A stretch of 64,000 nt of DNA from IMG/VR virus record IMGVR_UViG_3300035698_017588, positions 1-64,000 of that record. One strand, given 5' to 3'. Source of the stretch: a virus. Each line of letters begins with the position of its first letter. The first letter of the stretch is position 1. Shown here one piece after another: positions 46,621-55,600 of the stretch. A program made the position numbers and the translations under genes. The notes beneath the pieces are model-generated. The model had not been told where the DNA came from and ran no database searches. It saw nothing but the letters and a program-made list of their open reading frames with translations.

Positions 46621-47789
46621 TAGTCGCCTTTGACCATCGCTAGTGTCAAAGCTTCGACCTGGACACGGACGGTGGTCAATTCCTTCTTGGACAGCCCGAG
46701 CATTGACTCAATGTTCTTGAGTGACACTTTGGCGTCTCCGAATTCTTGCAGGTATCGGTCGTACCAGTACCCTTCGCCGCTCTTGATTTGGCGATAGGCT
46801 CGACAGTTCTCGGTTGGTAGTCGTGCGTCGACCGTTGCGAGGAAGTCATCTGAGATAATTTTGGCAACGTGGTCTTGCTCGGCTTCGTGTGGTACCTCAA
46901 TTGGGCTTGGTGCGTCTGGCCCACACTGACTTGGTGTGAGCATCGTGACGTGGACTTTTTCGGTCACGCTTTGGGTGATGCTCTTGCAGTCTGGTCCACG
47001 TTGGATGGTGATGCCAGATGGGTCGAGGGAGATGACCACTCCGTTTTCTTGTGCTTCTTGTCGGATTGCGGAGATTTGTCCGATGGTCCGGCTTGGGCAT
47101 GCCTGGACGTCGAAGTAGACGCTTGCGGCTTGTTCGCTACCTTTGTCGGTGTTGACTTTCTGGTGGCTGATTTTGGAGCTGTTGAGTAGGCTTTCGACGG
47201 ATCTTACGATCTGTTTGTCGGCGTAATCGGTCACGGTATTCGTCCTCGTAGTGGTGGTGATAGGATTTTCCCGTAATTGTTGACGAGTGGCATTAGACAA
47301 TTGTTGACTAAACCACCGAGACATTTGTGTCTCGTCTTGGATTACGGAGTCAGGGTCAGGGTGGCGTTCGCCTACAACAATGGCTCGGATCGGAGATTCA
47401 CCGTCATCGCCTGTGCAACCGCAGTTCTTGCAGGGATTATCACGGCTTTGAATTTCCGATAGAGAACCAGTCTTGTTCTTGTAAGTCCGTGATCCGCACT
47501 GGGTGCATTCGAACTCGTATTTCTTGTGGTAATAGAGCATCACGACGCCACGCCAGATGATGACGTAATAGTCTTGCTCGGCGGCTTCCTTGTCTCGGTA
47601 GTCACCCCCAATGGTGGTACTCATATCTCTAATGTACCTCCGCTTGTGTTTTTCCATTTCGGGGTGGTTTACAACCAACGCCACCACTTCATTTGCCCGG
47701 TCCTGCTCTTCAGCAGTCAAGTTGGCCATCGTTTCATTAGCTAGGCTACCTCGCAGGTAAAGCTCTGGCAGTTGAGTAATAATACTCAT
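46617..47789 (-). CDS. divergent sigma70-like factor with Zn-ribbon insertion (tentative)
   Basis: Region 2-like DKEAAEQDYYVIIWRGV and RWFSQQLSNATRQQLRE; CTQC..CKNC insert; region 4-like SLKNIESMLGLSKKEL; GGAGG upstream of ATG 47789 (alternative start 47807). Confidence 0.5.
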   Translation of the reverse strand: MSIITQLPELYLRGSLANETMANLTAEEQDRANEVVALVVNHPEMEKHKRRYIRDMSTTIGGDYRDKEAAEQDYYVIIWRGVVMLYYHKKYEFECTQCGSRTYKNKTGSLSEIQSRDNPCKNCGCTGDDGESPIRAIVVGERHPDPDSVIQDETQMSRWFSQQLSNATRQQLRENPITTTTRTNTVTDYADKQIVRSVESLLNSSKISHQKVNTDKGSEQAASVYFDVQACPSRTIGQISAIRQEAQENGVVISLDPSGITIQRGPDCKSITQSVTEKVHVTMLTPSQCGPDAPSPIEVPHEAEQDHVAKIISDDFLATVDARLPTENCRAYRQIKSGEGYWYDRYLQEFGDAKVSLKNIESMLGLSKKELTTVRVQVEALTLAMVKGDY

Positions 47790-47805
47790 AATAGGAAAAT
47801 CCTCC

Positions 47806-48465
47806 ATGGCACGTTATTGTGACAGTAAAGAGTTAGAACGATTTTGGTTCGAATGGGCAATGGCATCCAGCACACCCGATTTCGAACCGTTACGACAGGT
47901 AGGAGCGATCTACAGCCGTGTTAAACCCGACCAGATTGTAACACAGAAGACTCAAACGTGCAAGAATCCCTGGCTTCCTCTGAAAGAGCATTTTTTGGTC
48001 CTCTTTGACCCCGTACATGTTACAAGCGAGGCGGGTGACGTTAATTTCGACCTCGAAAGAATACAAGTCAGGGTAGCCGACAGGGTAACACATCAGAGAT
48101 TACTTGACGATGGTTACTACCTGGAGCCGACCGAGTCTTACGCCTGGGAAAGGCTGTTCCTTGAGGTCAAAAAGATGTGTGAAGGAATATCCAGAAAATT
48201 CTCTGTCGAACCTGATTCAAGGATGGAAATCGAACAGGAAGGTCTGGTTATGGTCATCGATAAAATACGGAACAAGAAAATTCGGTATGAGCCAGGCTTG
48301 GCTCCCGTCTTTAATTTTCTGACGACAGCGATCCATCGCTGTATATACAACCACCTGAGGAAATCGACTCGTTATTCAAAGCAGATGCACGAGTTGCGAG
48401 AACGATTAGACAAGGGTCACCTTGATGTTTCTATGAGAAGTTACAAGCCTATTTCAGGAGTTTGA
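47806..48465 (+). CDS. gp55-like late sigma factor (region 2 only)
   Basis: KMCEGISRKF...EIEQEGL...YEPGLAPVFNFLTTAIHRCIYNHLRK. Confidence 0.6.
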   Translation: MARYCDSKELERFWFEWAMASSTPDFEPLRQVGAIYSRVKPDQIVTQKTQTCKNPWLPLKEHFLVLFDPVHVTSEAGDVNFDLERIQVRVADRVTHQRLLDDGYYLEPTESYAWERLFLEVKKMCEGISRKFSVEPDSRMEIEQEGLVMVIDKIRNKKIRYEPGLAPVFNFLTTAIHRCIYNHLRKSTRYSKQMHELRERLDKGHLDVSMRSYKPISGV

Positions 48466-48466
48466 A

Positions 48467-48721
48467 ATGAGCAGAGTTAGCGATTTGTTGGATGATGCAG
48501 ATGAATTCATCATCATTACCATGAAGAAAAATAATGATGCCCAATTAGATGTGGGCGTCATTATGGGTTGTGACCCCGGTGGTCCAATGCTTGACGTCCT
48601 AGACAATGTTGTTAAGGACGCTAAAGATGCAGCGAGCAGTTACAGCAAGCGTGCTGAGACGGACAGCGATCAAACCGAAAGTGACGGTAATTCAAAAACC
48701 GGTTACGCAAGCAGCGTCTAA
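48467..48721 (+). CDS. small acidic hypothetical protein
   Basis: 84-aa ORF 1 nt after the sigma-like gene. Confidence 0.45.
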   Translation: MSRVSDLLDDADEFIIITMKKNNDAQLDVGVIMGCDPGGPMLDVLDNVVKDAKDAASSYSKRAETDSDQTESDGNSKTGYASSV

Positions 48722-49634
48722 TAAACAGACCCTTCAGCGTACTACTCAAGTACGTCACCAACCGATTCCACCACGGACCCAAGTACAACCAATTCCACCA
48801 AGCGAAGCGGCCCCGGTGGTCGCTCGAAGAAACCAATCGGTTAACACGGTCCGAGACCGAATCAACAGGACACGGCGGGAATTAGTCCCCCAAGCTCCTA
48901 GACGAAAAGTCCCACCCAAAGTCACCTATCTCAGTGCTGACCTAACGGTCGATCAGATCGAAAAAGTCAAAGCACTCAAGGGATCAGCCCAAGGCCGATA
49001 CCTGGTGATTTTGGGTAACGGGCCATCTTTAGAGCAAGTCGATACTAACCGCTTAGCACAGTACGACAATATCAAGCTCTGTACGATCAACGTCCCAGAC
49101 AAACGATGCTGGCCAACACCATACTGGGCCTTCTATGATCGATCACAATATCATCGTCACAAAGAATTATACAAGGGCTTTGCAGGAACCGTCTTCAATA
49201 GCACCGGCATCAAAGAAGGCAACGTAGGAAGCATCAAGTTCAAACACAACCCCGGACTAGGTTGGAGTAGAGATATTTCTAGGGGAGTATATGTCGGCAT
49301 GTCGAGTGTCTACGCCACCCTTCAAATCGCTGTGTACATGCAATTCAACCGGATATACGTCGTCGGTTGCGATATGAGCGAAAGCATGGACCTAGGCAAG
49401 ACCCATTTTTACGGGATAAACCCAGACGTCAAGCCAGAGGAACGCAAAAAGCGTTTTGTCAAGGAAGCGAATTGGTATGATAGGATGACGGAAGTTTTAA
49501 AAGAAGACGAGAAACAAAAAATCGTGTTTTGTAGTAAGGGTGTAAATAAGTGGCCATTCATGAGTCACTTTACTACTGTGAGGCCAGATCAAGCCACACA
49601 ATTTATCATCCAGGATACGGGTTATGCCAGCTAA
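48627..49634 (+). CDS. Maf/DUF115 (CstII-like) putative CMP-sugar transferase with disordered N-terminus
   Basis: VILGNGPSL, SSVYATLQIAVYMQFNRIYVVGCDM, THFYG. Confidence 0.7.
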   Translation: MQRAVTASVLRRTAIKPKVTVIQKPVTQAASNKQTLQRTTQVRHQPIPPRTQVQPIPPSEAAPVVARRNQSVNTVRDRINRTRRELVPQAPRRKVPPKVTYLSADLTVDQIEKVKALKGSAQGRYLVILGNGPSLEQVDTNRLAQYDNIKLCTINVPDKRCWPTPYWAFYDRSQYHRHKELYKGFAGTVFNSTGIKEGNVGSIKFKHNPGLGWSRDISRGVYVGMSSVYATLQIAVYMQFNRIYVVGCDMSESMDLGKTHFYGINPDVKPEERKKRFVKEANWYDRMTEVLKEDEKQKIVFCSKGVNKWPFMSHFTTVRPDQATQFIIQDTGYAS

Positions 49635-50031
49635 GTTCTATGTCGCGACCACTCTTTCTAATGCAGATCAGGCCAAAATAGCAATTAATCGACTGAGTGA
49701 CTTTGGTCATGAAGTCAGCTACGATTGGACGACCCATGGTTTCGCACCAGTCGAAGTCAGGAAAGAGATCGCAGCCAAGGAATTGCAAGGCGTTATTGAT
49801 GCGGATGTTTTATTCGTTATCTGGCCCGGTGGTGGCGGAACCCATATTGAGATGGGTGTCGCGATATCTCTAAACAAGCCGATCATCTTTGTTGCTCCAG
49901 AGAGTCTTGAAAGAGAAGTATCATTTTACCAACTCGACAATGTATTGAGAATGAGTGAAATGAGCAAGGCCATCGAGGTCGCCCACAAGCATCTATCCCA
50001 ATACGAAGGACAATTAGCAGATTATGAGTGA
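49624..50031 (+). CDS. nucleoside 2'-deoxyribosyltransferase / dNMP N-glycosidase family protein
   Basis: FYVA...DWT...ELQGVIDADVL...GGGTHIEMGVA...KPI (catalytic Glu motif). Confidence 0.75.
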   Translation: MPAKFYVATTLSNADQAKIAINRLSDFGHEVSYDWTTHGFAPVEVRKEIAAKELQGVIDADVLFVIWPGGGGTHIEMGVAISLNKPIIFVAPESLEREVSFYQLDNVLRMSEMSKAIEVAHKHLSQYEGQLADYE

Positions 50032-50626
50032 CATCAAATGGGGTTCATTGATTATTCAATGCAACGACGCACAATCTATCCGACCAGCTTCTGAGCTTGC
50101 TCACAAACAAAGAGTCGGCAATGTAATCGTCCCGCCCGAGAGCATCGAGCAAAGCATCATGGGACGCAGCATGATGAAGGCGAAATACCATCTCCTGACA
50201 ACAATCAAGAACCCAAGCCAACGGGCTCCAGGCTCTGACAAATTCATCAACATCAACGCAGATGTTTTTGACGTCGAAGGATTCGAAATCGTTCCAATGA
50301 AAACGGATAACCCGCAAGTCTTGCTCAAAGACTTGCGGATGTGCTCTGACTTTCTGAAAAACAACCTCAACCAACAAGTAACTATTGGTTGGAACCTTTC
50401 AGGTCACGGTCTCAAGGACAAAGAGACCCTGCAGCTTTTAGATTCAATCGCCAAGGGCTACAGACCAGATTATATCCGGTTTGATGAATCCCAAGGGCTG
50501 ATCTGCACAATCGCGAAAAAGATTTGTGCGACGAAAATGGCTCTTCCATTCAATGCTGACGTTGAATCTGACTGGAAAATCATCGAAGCTTCGGAAGCCC
50601 TCAAGCTTGCGAAACAACCAGCATGA
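50024..50626 (+). CDS. hypothetical protein (weak DeoC/TIM-barrel-like resemblance)
   Basis: 200-aa ORF overlapping the NDT-like gene; alternating beta/alpha pattern, VIVPPESI. Confidence 0.5.
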   Translation: MSDIKWGSLIIQCNDAQSIRPASELAHKQRVGNVIVPPESIEQSIMGRSMMKAKYHLLTTIKNPSQRAPGSDKFININADVFDVEGFEIVPMKTDNPQVLLKDLRMCSDFLKNNLNQQVTIGWNLSGHGLKDKETLQLLDSIAKGYRPDYIRFDESQGLICTIAKKICATKMALPFNADVESDWKIIEASEALKLAKQPA

Positions 50627-50644
50627 GAACGATCTGGGACTGAA

Positions 50645-50881
50645 ATGAACGAACAGCCCGAATTTTATCCGGCGTGGAAAGTGAAAGGTGGTCTGTTCTG
50701 GTCATTCAGAATCATGTTAGTGCATTTATTGTTCATCTTAACTCCGCTAGCAGGACTCTTCATAGACCCATTGATGGTTCCAGTCGGACTGTGCATCTCA
50801 ATGGGCTGGGCATACACAGAATTTAATAGGTATTCTAAATGGTGGAACAAGACCCTCAGAAAAGACCGAAAACCATTTTGA
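50645..50881 (+). CDS. small two-TM membrane protein
   Basis: Two hydrophobic segments and a basic C-terminus. Confidence 0.55.
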   Translation: MNEQPEFYPAWKVKGGLFWSFRIMLVHLLFILTPLAGLFIDPLMVPVGLCISMGWAYTEFNRYSKWWNKTLRKDRKPF

Positions 50882-50921
50882 TATCAGACGTCACTTAACT
50901 TCATTTCATTACAGAGATACT

Positions 50922-52052
50922 ATGAAACTTGGAAAAATTAACCTCGTCGTAGACGGACAACATGGCTCAACTGGCAAAGGTCTGATCAACTCATACCTTG
51001 CATGGCGAGACAGGCCCGAAGTCATCAGTTGCACCAACATGGCAAACGCAGGCCACACCGCCATTCTCCCGGACGGAACAAAATTCGTCGCAAAAGCCCT
51101 GCCAAGCTCCACGATCCTTAACAAACTCGACAACTACTCACCAGAAGTCGTTGTCGGAGCAGGAGCAGCATTCACCGTCGACCAGCTGCTCAAAGAACTG
51201 AAAGAATGCGGCAACCCGAACTTAACCGTCCATCCAAGAGCCGGAGTGATCACGCAAGAACACAAAGAGCGTGAATCCGAACTCAAGGGCGGTACAAAGC
51301 ACATTGCCAGCACAATGCAAGGCTGCGGAGCCTTTTTAGCTGATAAAGTGATGCGAGGACCAGATGTCAAGCTGGCTGGAGACTACGAAGATCTGTCCTT
51401 CTTCGCTCCGAGTTTTCTTGCTGATCGTCTTGGCTCCAAAAGCAAGTATCTGCCCGATCTGTTGATGCAATATTTAACCACCGGTCGCACTATTCTCCAT
51501 GAAGGCTCCCAAGGTTTTGGGCTTGATATCAATCACGGGAATCAATACCCGAATTGCACAAGCCGTCAATGTACAGCTTTGCAATCAGTCGCTGATATGG
51601 GGCTGCCCCATCAAGTTATTGGCGACGTTTACATGGTGATCAGGCCCTATCCAATTCGAGTTGGGAATGTGGTAGAAAAGGGCAAGACTGTTGGCTACAG
51701 CGGCGACCCCTACTCCGACAGCAAGGAGATCACTTGGGAGGAAGTCGCGACTCGATGCGGTGCTCCACCCGAAGTGATGGCCGGAGAGCTAACAACGGTC
51801 ACGAAGAGGCTTCGACGGGTGTTCGAGCGGTCAGATATTCAGTTCCGCCAAGCTGCAATGGTCAACGGGGCCACGAAAATTGCTTTGAACTTCGCGAATT
51901 ATGTTGATTGGTCTTGTTATGGCAAGAACAATTGGGATGAACTTGGCGACAAGGTTCACAGTTTCATTGCGAAGGTCGAAGACGCGGCTGGAGTGCGGGT
52001 TGAGCTTGTTGGGACCGGGCCGAGCGTTGAACATGTTGCGGTTCGTCCGTAA
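50922..52052 (+). CDS. purZ: PurZ-type N6-succino-2-amino-2'-deoxyadenylate synthase (PurA paralog)
   Basis: GQHGSTGKG (Ser in place of the PurA catalytic Asp of GDEGKG), NMANAGHT, EGSQG, YPNCTSR, PIRVG, ELTTVTKRLRRVF, LNFANY in place of PurA TKLD. Confidence 0.85.
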   Translation: MKLGKINLVVDGQHGSTGKGLINSYLAWRDRPEVISCTNMANAGHTAILPDGTKFVAKALPSSTILNKLDNYSPEVVVGAGAAFTVDQLLKELKECGNPNLTVHPRAGVITQEHKERESELKGGTKHIASTMQGCGAFLADKVMRGPDVKLAGDYEDLSFFAPSFLADRLGSKSKYLPDLLMQYLTTGRTILHEGSQGFGLDINHGNQYPNCTSRQCTALQSVADMGLPHQVIGDVYMVIRPYPIRVGNVVEKGKTVGYSGDPYSDSKEITWEEVATRCGAPPEVMAGELTTVTKRLRRVFERSDIQFRQAAMVNGATKIALNFANYVDWSCYGKNNWDELGDKVHSFIAKVEDAAGVRVELVGTGPSVEHVAVRP

Positions 52053-52079
52053 CGTACATAATCCAGACAATGAGCGACT

Positions 52080-52117
52080 CAAGGGCTTGAGGGACATGGT
52101 TGTTTCTCAAGCCCTTG
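52080..52117. terminator. stem-loop downstream of purZ
   Basis: CAAGGGCTTGAG...CTCAAGCCCTTG 12-bp perfect inverted repeat; no clear U-tract. Confidence 0.5.
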
Positions 52118-52148
52118 CTATATACAAACATAAGGAGGGAGATTCTTT

Positions 52149-52676
52149 ATGACTGAAACAAATCCAATTATGGCCTCGGCTAAATATCCACTTGGTAGCA
52201 CGGCATGGTTCCTGGGATTAGAGCCGCATGAAAGTTATCAATTGGGTGAACAATATGACATGTTCATGTTCGAGCATCCGATTTTCGCACTTAGCCGAAC
52301 GCCGTTGCGACATATTTGGAAGAGTAGTCGTGCATTGCCAAAGTTAGAACATGAATCTTTTGACAATATAATCACTCTGGTTACGAGTCGTATCTTAGTC
52401 CAGTCAATGGTTGTCGAGAGTATCGAACGAAGCGAAAATACAGGGGAATTCGTTTATTTGGATAATGATCTAGAGGTCTGCTTACCAGAGCAAGTTCTCT
52501 ATTCTACGAGGCGTGAAGCTTCGCGAGAACAAACACGAATTCTTAAAATGGTCAGAGACTGGGCAATAGCACAATTGGAAACGAACAATGAAATGTTTTC
52601 CATGCGAAGGAATAGCAAAAAACAACAAAATCGACGTCGTGATCGTCGATCCGGGAAAGCCCCTAATCAGGGGTAA
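52149..52676 (+). CDS. hypothetical protein
   Basis: 175-aa ORF preceded by AAGGAGG. Confidence 0.65.
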   Translation: MTETNPIMASAKYPLGSTAWFLGLEPHESYQLGEQYDMFMFEHPIFALSRTPLRHIWKSSRALPKLEHESFDNIITLVTSRILVQSMVVESIERSENTGEFVYLDNDLEVCLPEQVLYSTRREASREQTRILKMVRDWAIAQLETNNEMFSMRRNSKKQQNRRRDRRSGKAPNQG

Positions 52677-55600
52677 TTCTAATCAAGCACGATCGGAGTT
52701 CCCGTGGACTAATCCTCGCAATCGGTATGACGTCAATAATAGTGGCGATGTAACGGCACTTGATGCCCTCTTAGTTATCAATGCATTAAATCGAGGCATT
52801 GAATTCGACCCTTTCGTAGAACCAGAATTCTTCTACGATGTGAATGGCAGTCGGACTGTTTCGGCACTAGATGCACTGCAAGTCATCAATTACATTAATG
52901 GCCAAGACACCAACAATAATGGCGTCGTAAACAGCGGAGATCTTGACACACAACGCCTTATCGCAAAGAAAATCGAAGGCGTAAAAAGACAAGCAACCCG
53001 TCTACGGGCACAAGAATCGAACGAGCCAATCAGACTTCAAAGCAGTGGAAACGGGGCAGCATTAAGATTCGAACTATTGTTTCCATTCAGAACAATGGGT
53101 GGAGCTTTCCGATTCACCCTACAATCAGTAGAATGGGGCGAATCAGTATGGTCGCCAGAAATTCGTATCCCAAATTCTGTCTATCACAATGCTTTAAGTG
53201 ACCAACCAGCTGCTGGAGCCAATTATTCTTCTGACATGGCGGACGTCAGACAACAGATGTTGGACGCGGTCTTAGCCGTATACAACAATACTCCGACTTT
53301 CGATAACATCACAGCCGCAAACGTCACTATCCAACAATATGTTAATCAGGGATTCTGTTGGTATGATATCGTCGTCGATTGTGTGCCACCAGCGGGTTTT
53401 TGTGGAGCAGGTCAAGAATATGATTTCACCATCTTTCGAACGACATCGACGAATCGAGCTCTAGCAGCACAGTCAGCTGGATTTTATGCTGAAAAAGTTT
53501 TTTCATTCTCTGGACCAGGAGGAAGTTCAGCCTTAGGTTCGACTTGGAGCACTGATAGAAGACTAACAGATGGAACATTGACCTTCCAATTCAGAAGACC
53601 AATTTCTATCCAACGAGGAAATATCAATAGCTTCGTAAGTATGACTGTCCCGTGGGACATGAATTTCAGTGACTTTGCGGCCTTGGTGGACCAAACCATC
53701 GGCCCATTGTATGGCGGTGCAGGACAAGGAAATACATCTGTAGAGAATTATACTGGTAGTTTTCTTTTCAACAGCAAAATCGGTGAGAACACTCTTGGAA
53801 TTCGAGTAAAGCAGTTTCCATTTCTTGCAGTAGACCCAGCCACATTGAGCGACCTCTTATTTGAGATCGATGGAAACAATACCAAAATGCTGGTTCCATA
53901 TAATAATGTAACTCCAGGCATTACACAATTATTCTTTAGAGAATGTGGCGGCACCGGTCCAACAAACGTCAGCGGTGGCGGATGCGGACCCTGCAATCCA
54001 GGTGGTGGCTCCAACGGCTCCAACGGCTCCAACGGCTCCAACGGCTCCAACGGCTCCAACGGATCAAACGGCTCCAATGGATCAAACGGCTCTAATGGAT
54101 CGAACGGCTCTAATGGATCGAACGGCTCTAATGGCTCAAATGGTACCAATGGACAAGATGGAGGACCAGACAATACTTGTGTTTATGATTTTCTAGAAGT
54201 GCCCGTCTGCAACACTCTGCTTGACCCCAATTTAACGCCTCGGCAAAGAGGATATGGTGTATATGGTGCGAGCCACGAATGGGATCTCACTAATATCGGA
54301 TATGCTAGTTTTACTATCAACTTCACATTCGGTGGTGGTCAGACCGCATCTACTCAACCAATCATCGTAAACGATACGACGATCTCTGCGTCGCCATTTG
54401 TCGACTATAACACCGAAGATGTGATAAAAAGTGGCGATCAACCGCCATCATTTTTCGCATTGAATAGTTTGATCCTCGAAGCAATATTCAATCTATATAA
54501 TTCGAATAATGCATTCCCATACATCAGTCGAAGTGAAATCCAGGTTTACAATTTCCATGTCCCAACTGGTATAGCACCATCCACGTATATCGTGAAATGG
54601 GGCTTCCGAATTAAGAAGGCCCCCTTCGACGGATTCGAATCAATCAGCGTTACCACGTCAACCAAAACCAACAAGATCTTCTTCAACGACACCGTATCTG
54701 GATCGACGTTTCCAGGAGTTTCGATCGAAAGATGGCTAAGGTTTGTCGGTGGTTCAACTGGAACATTCAATATCGTTGCTACAATCGACCGCCAATTCGA
54801 TGATGTCGATGACGTGCTGTTGTATCAAAATATCCCAGCCAATATTACACTGGCTGATCTCAAGACATTATTAAACACCCAGAGTTTCTCTAATGTTGGA
54901 ACTGGTGGACAATTCAATGCTGGGCAATTTGAAGTAACCCCATACACAAATGGAACAATGTCTGATCCAGTAAACAATGGATCACTATTCAGAATCGCAT
55001 ACTTGTTCACATCACCGCTTCAGCCGGTGATTAATCAAAGAAGATTCATACAAATCGAGGCTGAAGGTCTCAACGACAATATTATCCACAATTATTTCAA
55101 CAAGACAATTAACTTAGATAATTGTGGAGAGATTAATGGTGTGGTGAATGGGAAAACGCCAGCGACATTCACACCATTTCAAATCAGATTCGAACCAGGA
55201 CCAAACCCAAATGTTCCTATAAACATCTACTCTGTTTATGTGAAATACAGTCTAAGAAGCACTGTTAACACAGCAAACAGAACTATCGTTTACATGCCGA
55301 TAAGCGAATATGATGGAACTTCCGCTCCTAACTGTGTGGACTGGGGAATCAACGGTGTAAGTGGAGAACTCAACACTGACTTGAACTTAGCAGAGCTTCA
55401 AACAACAAGCTTAGACGTATCAGGCAATGAAAGATTCATCTATACCAGATTCAACCAAGGGAGCGGAGAAAGCTTCGCAACTCAGCTGGGCTTTGAATTC
55501 GAATCGCCATGGACCAACAGTCCAAATCGAGTAATCGATGGTGATACCGGTCTTGCGATGCTTCCCGGAATGACAGGATACAAACCCAGCCGGATTGAAA

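Noticed and set aside
50922-52052. Ordinary purA auxiliary metabolic gene
   Set aside because: Catalytic Asp is replaced by Ser and the GTP-specificity motif by NFxNY, as in PurZ
53748-54196. Alternative-frame ORFs over the GSN repeat
   Set aside because: Stop-free by-products of the 9-bp repeat
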